Source: Andalucia godoyi And28 (lineage: Eukaryota; Protista; Jakobida). From it: DNA of 64,000 nt. Under the pieces are notes generated by a model that was not told where the DNA came from, made no database searches, and saw only the letters and a list, made by a program, of their open reading frames with translations. The stretch's first letter is position 1. Each line of letters opens with the position of its first letter. Positions 11,274-22,194 of the stretch are shown here, one piece after another. Where the stretch lies: positions 312,756 to 376,755 of the forward strand of contig VRVR01000011.1 of the NCBI GenBank assembly GCA_009859145.1. The letters are read 5' to 3'. The position numbers were made by a program, and so were the translations under genes.

Positions 11274-12488
11274 TTACATCGAGGAAGGTCGCAGCGGGGA
11301 GTTGTGGCGGGAACCCGTGGAGGACGCTACAATGCGTTGACGGATGCCCGGTCTCGAAATATGTGATTCACGCTCATCATCCGAGGCATCATCATCTTCT
11401 TCCGTTCCATCGTCGTCGTCATCGTCGTCATCGCCGTCGGTATGATCGTGATTGTTCGCTGCCGGGGCATGCGCACTACTCGGTGTTGTAGCAGGTGCGG
11501 ATCGAACTGCAGATCGCGACGATGCTCGAACGAAGGGATTGGATGGCACATTCGCCAATGGCGAGTCGGCGTCCACCGAAGAGGTGGATTCAGAATCTGG
11601 TACCGGTGTCGGACTGTCAAGACCTTGTTCAGGAACATCAAGCATGGATCCTCCGAAGACTGCGGATGCAGGCTCACGGTCCGACGTAGTCCTTCTTAAG
11701 ACATACCGCAGATGTGCATCCGTAACAGCGTGGAACAGTGTGGCAATGACTTTGAACGACAACTTTGAGCCAATGAACAAAAAGAAGATGAACAGCTGAA
11801 ACAAAAGAAGGCCAGACAAAATGACTGCAGACGAAGAATAGAAATGATGTTTGACCATCCACGCTAGCCCAGACATGTTGGCGTCGAATCGCAAATGACA
11901 CGAATAGACCTCAAACCGCTTTTCTGAAATCTCTGCCTCGATTCTCCAAATGCTATCTTCATCGGCGCCCGCAACGAGATCTTCGAAAAGCACGACCTGC
12001 TGTGCCTCTGATTCCTTCCAAAACCCAATCACATAGAGCGGGAGAAACGTTGCAATCCGGATGTACCGGAGTGGCGTTGACTCGTATGTGATTCGAAGAG
12101 GTCGGTTTGAACCAAAGAGAAGTCGATTCTTGGCATCGTACATGCGAACAGTCATCATAATCATACCGAGTCCTCGATTTGCGTCGCTGACAGGAACATC
12201 CAGCTCCACAGATACTGCATACGACTGCCCGGGCGAAAGGACTGTATCACGCGAAGATGCAAAGGACACTTCTGCAACAGGCAGCGTTTTCCTAAAGTCA
12301 AAGTGCAATGGCCGATCGACGGTGACAATAGGGACAAATCGATAGTACCAAAACGCATATATGGAGACGGAGAGCACAGCAAACCCAACAAGTTGAAACA
12401 ACCGCTTAATAGTACTCCACGCAATCGAGTTCAGCGTCTCAATCGACGACGACGACCACACTCTCGACGGGAGGTCATGAAATATCAA
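11274..12488 (-). CDS. BSCL2: Seipin (lipid droplet biogenesis protein)
   Basis: Two TM segments flank a luminal domain with RPLHFDF, LSPGQSYAVSVELDVPVSDANRGLGM, RPLRITYES, FDANMSGLAWMV; acidic tail. Confidence 0.88.
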   Translation of the reverse strand: MIFHDLPSRVWSSSSIETLNSIAWSTIKRLFQLVGFAVLSVSIYAFWYYRFVPIVTVDRPLHFDFRKTLPVAEVSFASSRDTVLSPGQSYAVSVELDVPVSDANRGLGMIMMTVRMYDAKNRLLFGSNRPLRITYESTPLRYIRIATFLPLYVIGFWKESEAQQVVLFEDLVAGADEDSIWRIEAEISEKRFEVYSCHLRFDANMSGLAWMVKHHFYSSSAVILSGLLLFQLFIFFLFIGSKLSFKVIATLFHAVTDAHLRYVLRRTTSDREPASAVFGGSMLDVPEQGLDSPTPVPDSESTSSVDADSPLANVPSNPFVRASSRSAVRSAPATTPSSAHAPAANNHDHTDGDDDDDDDDGTEEDDDASDDERESHISRPGIRQRIVASSTGSRHNSPLRPSSM

Positions 12489-13076
12489 GCTTCGAAGTAT
12501 GAAAATTGCCTAATCAATACAATGAATTAAAACCACACAATTGTTGTCAACGGACTCTCAAATTAAATCGTCAGTGCATTTTTTGCCGATTCTCTCATGA
12601 TGACGGCCAGGCCCCTCCGTCGTTATCAGCGCGCGCGCGTGTGTGTGTGTGTGTGTGTGTGCGTGGAGGTGCGAGAAACATACTTCAGATAGATCCACCA
12701 TGTCGTTGAGGTTGTGAACGCCGAGTGTTTTCAGAAAAGAAGAAAGAACAGTACTACGAGAATCTCAAAAAGAAAAGAAAAGGAAAGAGAAAACCAATCT
12801 GGACATTTCGAGTTCTCCAACAACTGTAGATGCTTCAAGATTTCCTTATGCTCCCTTTCCCCCCACCGAAACGCTTGCATCATCCCCTTGATGCCGGACT
12901 CTGCGACGCCGCTCGATCAAGCGGTTTATAACGAACTCTCTCTTCTATCGTTCCTGTTTTGGGAAATCATTCACGACAGATGTGCTTTTTTATTTCAAAA
13001 ATATTAAACCAAAAAGCCAATTTTTTCAACTTTTGTTGTTGTGGAAGTCGGGAAAGGCCATTGATAACAGTAGAGA

Positions 13077-15365
13077 ATGTCTGGGGAGACTGTGCGGGTG
13101 GTGGTTCGGTGCAGGCCGATGAGCGAAAAAGAGGTGCAGCGAGGATGCCAGCCGATTGTGAGCATGGATGCTCGGACGGGGGCAATCAATCTTCGGAACC
13201 CTGCGCGTCCGAATGAGCCTGACAAGACGTTTACGTTTGACTCTGTGTGGGATTGGAACAGCGCGCAACGAGCCGTTTATGAAGGTACGTCCGCCGCGAT
13301 TGTTGCGTCTGTTTTGGATGGGTACAATGGAACGATCTTTGCGTACGGACAAACGGGCGCAGGTAAGTCATTCACGATGGCTGGGAAAAAGGAGCCTGAA
13401 GAATTGAGAGGAATTATTCCAAATGCATTTGATTATATTTTCAAGGAGATTCAAAAGGAGGGTGACAAGCAGTTTCTAGTTCGTGCGTCGTATCTGGAAA
13501 TCTACAATGAGGAGATTCGAGACTTGCTGGGGAAGGACCACACCAAACGATTGGAACTCAAAGAAAATGTCGATGCTGGTGTGTACGTGAAGGATCTAAC
13601 TTCTTTTATCTGCAAGTCTGTGTCGGAAATTGAGCATGTGATGAAGGTGGGCGCACGGAATCGAGCTGTCGGTGAAACAAACATGAATGCAGAATCTTCG
13701 CGCTCGCACTCGATATTCACCATTGTTATTGAAACTTCGGAAAAGGGAGAGGATGGACAGCAGCACATTCGAGTTGGAAAGCTGAACATGGTGGATCTTG
13801 CTGGTTCAGAGCGAGCATCAAAGACCGGGGCGACGGGTGATCGGTTGGTGGAAGGTGCAAAGATCAACTTGTCGCTGTCTGCGCTGGGAAATGTCATTTC
13901 AACCCTGGTGGATGGAAAATCGACGCACATTCCGTACCGTGATTCCAAGCTGACCCGTTTGCTCCAAGACTCTCTTGGAGGAAATACGAAGACGGTTATG
14001 GTTGCCAACATTGGACCTGCGGATTACAATTTTGATGAAACGCTATCGACGCTGCGATACGCAAATCGTGCGAAAAATATCAAGAACAAGCCAAAGATCA
14101 ATGAAGATCCGAAAGATGCAATGCTCCGTGAGTTCCAGCAGGAAATTTTGCGACTAAAGTCGCTTCTTGAAGAAAAGGAGCGATCTCGAGGTGTCGGGGG
14201 TGGACCTCGCGTGGAACACATCCCAGCGGCGGAGGATGGTACTTCTGGTACCGGCCAACAGATGCTGAGCCAACAGCAGCATTCGCAGCAGCAACCGCAA
14301 CCGATCACTGTCTCTGGTTTCTCCGAAGAACAATTGGAAGAACTTCGCAAGAAGAATGATGAAGATCGTTCAAAGATTTTGGAGGAGAAGAAGATGACGG
14401 AAGAGGAAAAGCTCCGAATTTCTGAAGAACTTGCGAGAAGAAATGATGAATTGGAGCGGGAGCGGCAAGAACGGGAAGTGCTGGCTGCCAAGCTGAAGAG
14501 CATGGAGGAAATGGTTGTCCACTCGGGAGAGGAACTCATGGAAAAGGCCAAGTTTCAGGAGTCGGAGATCGAGCGACAGCGTCGCGAATTGGAGGAGCGG
14601 ACGAAGCGTGAGGAGGATGCAAAGCGAGAGCTTGCGGAGAAAGAAGAGGCGTTGTTGCTTGCAGAGGAAAAGTATACTTCCCTGGAAGACGAAATCGACG
14701 GGAAAACCAAGAAATTGAAGAAGGCTATCAAGAAGTACCAACAGGCCAAGCAAGAGGTGTCCGATTTGCAACACGAATTTCAGCAAGAACGGGAAGACAT
14801 GCTGGACACCATCCGCGAGTATGAAAAGCAGTTGAAGCTGAAGATGTTGATTATTGACAGCTTCATTCCCCCAGAGGAAGTGGCGAAAGTTGAGCGGAGG
14901 GCTGAGTGGGATGAGGAACATTCTGAATGGATCGTTCGGAAGATTCAGCTTGCTGGAAACAATGTTCGCCGACCGGGTTCTGCGGTTGGGGCGAAGCGGC
15001 CCACCTCGGAATACGCCCGGATTGCAGCCCAAGTGGATGCGTCAAACCCGCGTTTCCGTGGCGAGAACATTCTGAACGTTGAGCTCGAGATGCCGGATCG
15101 CACGACTGTCGATTACGAGGGTCCCGAATCGCAGAATCATCCACTGTACGACGGAATGGTGCAGTTGAATGAGAACATGCCGAATGTGTACTTTTCGTAC
15201 TCGCCAGAGAAAGATGCCAAGAAGGAGTCGAAGAAAGGGCGTCCGTCTTCTGCAGCAGCAAAGCGACCGGGTTCTGCAAAGCCTCCGAAGAAAGTCAAGA
15301 AGGACGATGCGACGGAGTATCCTGAAGCTCGAGGACTTGTTCAAAATCAGCAGCGGGTTCTGTAA
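13077..15365 (+). CDS. KIF3: Kinesin-2 motor subunit (KIF3/FLA10-like, anterograde IFT)
   Basis: N-terminal motor (GQTGAGKS, NAESSRSH, DLAGSER), neck NKPKINEDPKDAMLREFQQEI, long coiled coil, and tail motifs LIIDSFIPPEE and RFRGENIL typical of kinesin-2. Confidence 0.93.
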   Translation: MSGETVRVVVRCRPMSEKEVQRGCQPIVSMDARTGAINLRNPARPNEPDKTFTFDSVWDWNSAQRAVYEGTSAAIVASVLDGYNGTIFAYGQTGAGKSFTMAGKKEPEELRGIIPNAFDYIFKEIQKEGDKQFLVRASYLEIYNEEIRDLLGKDHTKRLELKENVDAGVYVKDLTSFICKSVSEIEHVMKVGARNRAVGETNMNAESSRSHSIFTIVIETSEKGEDGQQHIRVGKLNMVDLAGSERASKTGATGDRLVEGAKINLSLSALGNVISTLVDGKSTHIPYRDSKLTRLLQDSLGGNTKTVMVANIGPADYNFDETLSTLRYANRAKNIKNKPKINEDPKDAMLREFQQEILRLKSLLEEKERSRGVGGGPRVEHIPAAEDGTSGTGQQMLSQQQHSQQQPQPITVSGFSEEQLEELRKKNDEDRSKILEEKKMTEEEKLRISEELARRNDELERERQEREVLAAKLKSMEEMVVHSGEELMEKAKFQESEIERQRRELEERTKREEDAKRELAEKEEALLLAEEKYTSLEDEIDGKTKKLKKAIKKYQQAKQEVSDLQHEFQQEREDMLDTIREYEKQLKLKMLIIDSFIPPEEVAKVERRAEWDEEHSEWIVRKIQLAGNNVRRPGSAVGAKRPTSEYARIAAQVDASNPRFRGENILNVELEMPDRTTVDYEGPESQNHPLYDGMVQLNENMPNVYFSYSPEKDAKKESKKGRPSSAAAKRPGSAKPPKKVKKDDATEYPEARGLVQNQQRVL

Positions 15366-15663
15366 TCGTTTCTCGCGTGTCTCTGCGAGTAGGCCAACCT
15401 TGCAAATGGTCTTGTGGTTGATGGTAGTGTGGTGGTAAAACCTTTTTGTAATATTTCCCGAATGCGATATCTGCAATTAAGCAAAGTCTTTTCTTTCTTG
15501 GTACCTGCGAAGGACGTCTGAAGGACAACGCTGAAAAAAAAAAAAAAAACAAGTACAGGAACAGAAACGGGAGAAGAAGTAAGAATAAGAATAGCTTTTA
15601 AGAGTCCATGAAAAGAAGAATAGAGAGACATCGGAGGCATTCGCAAGTGACGCAGGGAAGGGC

Positions 15664-16134
15664 TCACTTTCCAGCCACCTTGACAGCTTCTAGCTTGGCC
15701 ATAGCATCGAGGTTTCGGAGCACTTCGGTGAGGTTTGTCTCCAAGACCATTCCACCCATAATGATCTCATCAAGTACGTAGTGGACTCGATCGGAGTGGA
15801 AAATCAGATCAAGCTCGCAGACGTTCTCAAAGCACTTGTCCAGCGACTCGACGAACACTTGGATCAGATCCAGAATTCCAAGTTCCGACTCGGAATTATC
15901 CACGACAATGATAAAGTACAGAGTAGCATAATGCCGGTAGATGACTTTGCAGTCGGAGCCCCAAACTGACGACGACGCGCCCTCAACAAAGTTGCACAGT
16001 TTTTCGCTTCGTTTGGAAATCACATTGAACGTTTCCCGAATGCCTCGCTTCTGTGTCTCGCGGTCAAACTGGTCATAAAACTTCACAAGCCGCGGCTTTC
16101 CATGGTTATTAATGATCAACACTGCGCGAATCAT
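15664..16134 (-). CDS. AP3S1: AP-3 complex sigma subunit
   Basis: MIRAVLIINNHGKPRLVKFY, IYRHYATLYF, ESELGILDLIQVFVESLDKCFENVCELDLIF, GGMVLETN. Confidence 0.93.
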   Translation of the reverse strand: MIRAVLIINNHGKPRLVKFYDQFDRETQKRGIRETFNVISKRSEKLCNFVEGASSSVWGSDCKVIYRHYATLYFIIVVDNSESELGILDLIQVFVESLDKCFENVCELDLIFHSDRVHYVLDEIIMGGMVLETNLTEVLRNLDAMAKLEAVKVAGK

Positions 16135-16486
16135 TCTGTCCCACCTTTCTGTCTCTCTGCGTCTCTCTGCGTCTCTCTGTAATATATATACGTATATATA
16201 CGTATATATATTTGCATGGATGAGTTTGGGTGCGTCGTTTTGAATGTGAATTAAGCATAGAAAGACAACTCCCGACCATCAAGGTGTAGGAAAAAATCCT
16301 GAATCAATTGATACAAGGAGTGTATTCTTACAGCAGTTTTTTGAACCGCGTAAGACGAATCACGGGCGACAGAGCTGCAATGGTGTACATAAAGCATCTG
16401 GGCGAGTCTTTGACTGATTGCATAATTTTTAATTATTTTAATTGTTATTATTATTTTAAAATTTAAAAAACGGGGGGGAAATCTGG

Positions 16487-19400
16487 ATGGGGATTGTAGC
16501 AAGTTACGCTTGGGGAATCCAGCTATGGGCAGTTCTGGTGCTCTGCTTGCTGGTGGGTAGGGCACTTGGCGGATGTAGCATACCGTACATAACCGGACCT
16601 CTGACGATTCCAAGCTGTGCCACCAATATTACGCTATGTGCAGTCGTGGAAACCGACGAGGTGTCACCCCACACAACGTTCCAGTGGTCGTCCAATGACA
16701 CAAGATTCGGTAGCAGCTCTGGGGCACCGGCTCAGCTGACATCCCAGTGCATATCGGTTCTGGACATTCGACAGGACTACCCAACTACCGTTTCGGTCAG
16801 CGTGCAGACTCTAGGCGGATGCAGTGCGACTGCGTCGTCCGTCTTTCACAGAGCTGTCCAGAAAAACTTCCCGGTGGTGCGGATTGAAGCGCTGCAGAAT
16901 GTCGTGCCATCCGGAAGGGATATCACTGTTGTTCCAGCTGTGTATGATTATGACTGCGGAGTCAGCGGACTGCACCAGTACCAGTACCAATACCAGTACC
17001 AGTACCAGTGGACTGTCGAAGAAGCCGTCTCGCACGCAGCTGTCCAAACAAAGTCGGCGAACCGTTCGCAGTCGTTCGTGATTCCTCATGCAGTCCTGTC
17101 GGCTGGAAGGGCGTATGTTGTACGGGTCAGCACCTCTTTCAATGCGACTGGTGTACTTGCTGGAGATGTCGCTTCGTCCGAGTACATGTTTTACGTTGCT
17201 TCTGGAAATCTCACTGCTGCCATCGCTGGGGGAAACAGGACAATTTCCAGAGGCTATGCCGCTGTTTTCGACGCAAGTATATCGGTTGATCCAGATGGAT
17301 TGGACAACGCAGTTCCAAGGGATTACAGCTGGACGTGCTCAGTGTTGGAAAACAACCAAAAACTTCCGCAGGATGACTGTTTGCTGGGAACTTTTGTACA
17401 GACCAACAAACGCGCGCAGCTCGTTCTGGAAGGCACAGATCTTGTTCCTTTTTGGAAGTACAGGCTCACCGTCGTCGTGACGGTGGGTCAGCGGTCTGCA
17501 GCGTCGTTTGTAGATGTCACTTCCTCCCCGGACAGATCGCCGTTTATCGTCTTTACCACGGATTTTACTACCCGAGTCAATGCCAACGAATCATTGAAGT
17601 TCAAAGTCAGCACGCAGTTTCCAGCAAAAGTGTCTTTCTGGTGGACAAGTACAACATTCAACTTAAGTGATGCCTCTTCAGTAGTCGGTGGAACACAGCT
17701 TTCGTTTCTGACATTCATCCCGAATGCCTTACCGCCCGGTAGTACGCAAATTTTTGAGTGCACCGCATCTGCAGGAGGAACGTCTTCTCGCGCATCCTAC
17801 CAAGTCCTGGTCAACTGGCCGCCAGAAAACGGCACTTTGGAGATCTTCCCGTCTGCATCCATCACGGCATGGGAATCGGGTTCCGTGGCCTTCTGCAGTG
17901 GATGGCAGGATCGTGAAAAGGACTTCCCTCTGGAGTATGCTCTGTACTATTCGAGCGACACGGAAGACTTTGCTCTTCTGCAGGATTTTTCGCAGAATCG
18001 AGCATTCAGACTACCGGGACTCTCGGAAGGACTATACACCCTCCGATGTCGAGTGCGGGACGCGCTCGGATCGTTCTCCGACATGGAGAAAACCCTGAAT
18101 GTCACAGCAAACCAACAGTACGCTGCAATGTCCGCAGCTGCAAAGGCAGCATTTCTCCAAAACTCGGCAGAGCAGGCGTCATCCAAAGCATATCGGGCAG
18201 GCAGCATTACAGGATACTCTGGTGCGTTGACGGGTCCGCTGCTTGAACTCAACAAGCTGCCTGCAAACCTGTCTGCGGACTACTTGCAGATCGCTGCTGC
18301 CAGACAGGGCTTTCTGTCGTTACTGGAAGTGTTGGCAAACATGGATGTTCCCCCTGGAGTTACAATTGACAGCGCAGAACATACATTTCTCTCTGTCGCC
18401 AGACTGTTGGCGTCGGATGGGACACAAATGGATGACGCAACCACGCTTGCTCTTGTCACAGTCATCGACATCGTCCTGAGTAAGCGTCCGTGGAGCCCCT
18501 TGCAACGAGCAGCAGTCACTTCTGCTGTAGAGTGTCTGGGTGTGACGGTAGACAAGCTGCGGCGTGAGGACGAGCTGGTCGCTGTGGGGCTTCTTCTGCA
18601 CTGGAGAGTATCATCGACGTCCTCCTACACAACTCTCCAGGATCTCTTCAACAAGAATGTGCACGCAGCCACAGTCCTGTCACGTCGATACGCCGTGTCT
18701 CTGTTCTATGACGAACCGGCGCAAGAGCAAATCACGGCCGGGTTTTCCATTCGCGCTTTTCGCGGATCTCCGGCAAGTATCTTTGGGACATCACATCCCA
18801 GTGGAGACAGACTTGCGTTCATCGATTTTGCTCCGTTTGCATCGGTCTCCAAGCAAATTTCTCAAACGCCGAACATTGCCGTGGCAATCATCCAGTTTTC
18901 CAACTTGATTTTCAGTCACTGGGGATCGGATGTGGACGGTGTGATATCGACGTCGTCTTTACGACTCGAGCTGCTGGACGTGGACCGCCAGTTGGAGATT
19001 ACGAGTGGTTTAGACACATCGCCGATTGCCATCGGGCTTCCAGTCAAAAGAAGACTCAGCGAAACAGTGGGATTCGTAATCAAGCGTTCTTGCTACGTTT
19101 GGGAGCCGCGAGACTCTCTCTTGAACAAGACTTCTTCGTGCACTGCCTCTGACGTACTGTCGAGCTTGAGCACTGTGGTTTGCCAGTGCACTTCTCCTGG
19201 ATTTTTTGTTTTCCAGAACGAACTGGCCGTCGTCCACTACCCCGATCCACAAATAGTATTCCGATACAGCAAGTTCTTGACAGCCCCTGCAAACCAGTCT
19301 GCAACCATTGTACTCTTGCTGCTGCTGATGGGGATACAGCTTGCATGCATATGGAAGGCGAGAACAGTCGATCAGCGACAAGCAGAAAAAGCCAAGGAGC

Positions 19401-22129
19401 TTGCTTTGCGTTATGAAACTGTTCGTCAAGCCACGGCAGCGGCCCGAAATGGAATCACCAGCGAAGAAACAGGGATTGGATCCAGCGCAGAAGAGAAGTG
19501 GTGGACAGCAGCCAGGAAAAGCACAGCAGTCGCGGCTTGCGCAACAACTGCTGATGCCAGCCCTTCTCAATCTCAATCTCAATCTCCATCTGCATCTCTG
19601 TCAATGTCTCAGAATGAGTTTCAGAAACGAAGGAGGGAATACAATGCGCTTGCTGCCCACAGAAGCGCGTTCGGCGCACATCTCGTGGACACGGAAGACT
19701 CGACGGGTCTTGTAGGGTCGCAAGCCAAAGTGCATCCTGAAGTCTCGAGTGAGCACGAAGCGGACATCATTGCTAAACTGGAAGTGAAAGACACCCAGCC
19801 CGGGATGTTTTCGTCCGCCCTCCGCGAAATGAGCCTCCGCATGCTGCCCGCAACGTTCGGAATCGATGGGGTGGGTAGCCGCGCTTCTGCAGAGTTCCCG
19901 AACGTCCCGATTGTATCTCTGACGTCCATCGCAGCCGACAGAAGGCCCATTGTGTTTGCGCGTTTGGTATGGAAGTTTCTCAAGAACACGCATATGGTGC
20001 TGGGAGTTTTTTACAGGCCCGTTGCGGATCTGTATACTAGAACAGCACGTGTGATCGTTCTTTTCACCGGTCTTCAGCTGATATACTTTTTCTGCGTCAT
20101 GATGTACTATTTGGCTCCCTCCATTGGCACCGATCTTACTTACGAATTCCCTGTTGCAGCAGGATCTGCCTTTGTCGGCTTTTTTCTTGCGATATCCTTA
20201 CGCTGCGTGTTTTCTTCCGTAATGAACAAGGTTCGAGACGAAAGATTGAAGTATTCGATAAGGAAAAGGAAACTGCAGAACAAGCGCCAGTCACAAGCGA
20301 ACGGACCGCTTGGACGGCAGCCCTCTGAAAAAGCGCTCGAACGTCCAACCGTCAGCACATCCCCATTTGGAAGACTGCAGAGCTTTCGCGTGACGAAGAA
20401 GTTGGCACACGATGAAAAGACCATCCAGAACGATCCAAATCAGAGTGATCAAGCAGAAGGATATGCCCTGGACCAGTGTTTGACGGATCTGTTTCACAAG
20501 TGCGATGCAGACGATGACGGCCTTGTGGTGCTTGTGGATCTCCAGCGCGTCTTGAAGCAAGTGAGCAACTTGTTCACGGATGAAATCGTTGCCACGATAT
20601 TCGAGGAGATGGCCGATGAAGAAAGCTCCACACACGATCTCATGAGCACGGAGCCAGAAACGCAGAACAACGACGAAGAGGGATGGTCTGCATTTCGACT
20701 GGAAAACAAGAAAAGATCATCGTTCCGCTTACCGTCTCGCAGCTCTTCGAAAGTTTATGCAAGCGAAACCATCGTTGGCACAAAAAGAACGTCTGGTCCG
20801 ACGTATTCGGCAACGACGAACACAAGGTCCGTTTCCAAACAGTCGTTTATGCGAATCCTGAAAGACTGGTACGCAGAGTCCGACGGTGTCGAGAGTGCTC
20901 TGCAGATATTAGCTCAATTTTCTCAAGAAACAGGACGTGCGGCCTTGCTTCTCAGTCTATCAGCAGAGCAGAATCAAGAACGAAAGGAAAAGCTGCGAGA
21001 CTCCAGTAGAGCCTTGGAGCAGATGTTTCTTCGCAGCAGTCTATTCCGAAGCTTCCATCGCAGACTCCGGCGACGACGCTTGCGCTTATTTCACTCAACG
21101 ATCATAGAGAACTTGTGTTTGTTCGCGGCTGCAGTGCTCATATGCCTGGTGTTCCTGTTCAGCGGATACCTTACTGCCAACAACTTCCTCGTTCCGCTTT
21201 TCGTTTTGAGTCTGTGCATCTTGCTGTCCATCATTACCAACGCCGAAGCCGGAGTCATCGCGATGTGGTTCTCACTCTGTTTCTTGTCCATCTACTTTCT
21301 TCTCTTATCGCCTGCAGATCGTGATTACGAAGACAGCTCGTTCTTCCGGGCTCACCAGAAGTACTATGGAAGTCTCGTGTTCACACAAGACACCCTCTTC
21401 GGTTTGTGTGTCATTCTGTACGTTGCATTCATTCCGCTTATCTACCCGCCTCTGTTCAAGAGGAACTACTTCCGGCATTTCGCTGTTTTGCTCTTCATTG
21501 CTGCGCTAATCGTAATTTGTGCAGGGTACATTGGCGGGCATTTGGCGGGGCTGGAACTCGAAGGAGTGATATACTTGGGGGCAGCTTGTGCACTTGTAAG
21601 TGTCTGTTGGTACTCCATCACCCGAAGCGGATATCCTGCAGCTGCACTGTTGTTCGTTGGAACCATTGGCACTCTTATCATTTGCGTAACATGGATGGTC
21701 GTCAGCAGTTCGTCATGGATGGACAACTCTACACTGACTTGGGCAATTAGCTTGGCTACAATTTTTGTGCTGCTTGCCGCTGCTACACTCTTGGTGAATA
21801 TCATCCACTACGAAGTTCGATTGCCTCCGAAGCTGCCCTTTGAATACCTCTGGATCCCATTCGGAATCGCAGCAACAGTGCAGACGTTCTGTATGATCCT
21901 GTCCATGTACTGGGGATTTCAGTTGGAAAATGACAGGCAGCTTATGGTCCTCGAGGCATTTGCTGCAGGCATCGGAGTTGCATATGGCATTCTGGACCCA
22001 ATCTTCTGCTTCTTCTCCACAGTCATCGCCATTCGAGGAGAAGATATCTGGGGAATCCTAGAAGAGTTTTTCGGACATGATTTGGGAGGAAATGGGGTCG
22101 CTCTGGCACTGAAGCCTTTTCACGAATAA
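16487..22129 (+). CDS. REJ-domain polycystin-1-like multi-pass membrane protein (1880 aa)
   Basis: Signal peptide; REJ-like motifs (AAIAGG, FDASISVDPD, YSWTC, VNWPPENGTLEIFP, CSGWQD..DFPLEY); GPS-like Cys cluster; TM1; PKD1-like HMVLGVFYRP..YTRTAR segment; EF-hand-like loop; many C-terminal TM helices. Confidence 0.8.
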   Translation: MGIVASYAWGIQLWAVLVLCLLVGRALGGCSIPYITGPLTIPSCATNITLCAVVETDEVSPHTTFQWSSNDTRFGSSSGAPAQLTSQCISVLDIRQDYPTTVSVSVQTLGGCSATASSVFHRAVQKNFPVVRIEALQNVVPSGRDITVVPAVYDYDCGVSGLHQYQYQYQYQYQWTVEEAVSHAAVQTKSANRSQSFVIPHAVLSAGRAYVVRVSTSFNATGVLAGDVASSEYMFYVASGNLTAAIAGGNRTISRGYAAVFDASISVDPDGLDNAVPRDYSWTCSVLENNQKLPQDDCLLGTFVQTNKRAQLVLEGTDLVPFWKYRLTVVVTVGQRSAASFVDVTSSPDRSPFIVFTTDFTTRVNANESLKFKVSTQFPAKVSFWWTSTTFNLSDASSVVGGTQLSFLTFIPNALPPGSTQIFECTASAGGTSSRASYQVLVNWPPENGTLEIFPSASITAWESGSVAFCSGWQDREKDFPLEYALYYSSDTEDFALLQDFSQNRAFRLPGLSEGLYTLRCRVRDALGSFSDMEKTLNVTANQQYAAMSAAAKAAFLQNSAEQASSKAYRAGSITGYSGALTGPLLELNKLPANLSADYLQIAAARQGFLSLLEVLANMDVPPGVTIDSAEHTFLSVARLLASDGTQMDDATTLALVTVIDIVLSKRPWSPLQRAAVTSAVECLGVTVDKLRREDELVAVGLLLHWRVSSTSSYTTLQDLFNKNVHAATVLSRRYAVSLFYDEPAQEQITAGFSIRAFRGSPASIFGTSHPSGDRLAFIDFAPFASVSKQISQTPNIAVAIIQFSNLIFSHWGSDVDGVISTSSLRLELLDVDRQLEITSGLDTSPIAIGLPVKRRLSETVGFVIKRSCYVWEPRDSLLNKTSSCTASDVLSSLSTVVCQCTSPGFFVFQNELAVVHYPDPQIVFRYSKFLTAPANQSATIVLLLLLMGIQLACIWKARTVDQRQAEKAKELALRYETVRQATAAARNGITSEETGIGSSAEEKWWTAARKSTAVAACATTADASPSQSQSQSPSASLSMSQNEFQKRRREYNALAAHRSAFGAHLVDTEDSTGLVGSQAKVHPEVSSEHEADIIAKLEVKDTQPGMFSSALREMSLRMLPATFGIDGVGSRASAEFPNVPIVSLTSIAADRRPIVFARLVWKFLKNTHMVLGVFYRPVADLYTRTARVIVLFTGLQLIYFFCVMMYYLAPSIGTDLTYEFPVAAGSAFVGFFLAISLRCVFSSVMNKVRDERLKYSIRKRKLQNKRQSQANGPLGRQPSEKALERPTVSTSPFGRLQSFRVTKKLAHDEKTIQNDPNQSDQAEGYALDQCLTDLFHKCDADDDGLVVLVDLQRVLKQVSNLFTDEIVATIFEEMADEESSTHDLMSTEPETQNNDEEGWSAFRLENKKRSSFRLPSRSSSKVYASETIVGTKRTSGPTYSATTNTRSVSKQSFMRILKDWYAESDGVESALQILAQFSQETGRAALLLSLSAEQNQERKEKLRDSSRALEQMFLRSSLFRSFHRRLRRRRLRLFHSTIIENLCLFAAAVLICLVFLFSGYLTANNFLVPLFVLSLCILLSIITNAEAGVIAMWFSLCFLSIYFLLLSPADRDYEDSSFFRAHQKYYGSLVFTQDTLFGLCVILYVAFIPLIYPPLFKRNYFRHFAVLLFIAALIVICAGYIGGHLAGLELEGVIYLGAACALVSVCWYSITRSGYPAAALLFVGTIGTLIICVTWMVVSSSSWMDNSTLTWAISLATIFVLLAAATLLVNIIHYEVRLPPKLPFEYLWIPFGIAATVQTFCMILSMYWGFQLENDRQLMVLEAFAAGIGVAYGILDPIFCFFSTVIAIRGEDIWGILEEFFGHDLGGNGVALALKPFHE

Positions 22130-22194
22130 GAACGAGCAAAGAAGCAAAGAAGCAAACAAGCAACCTAGGTTTCCGCCGCCCGCCGAATGAATTA

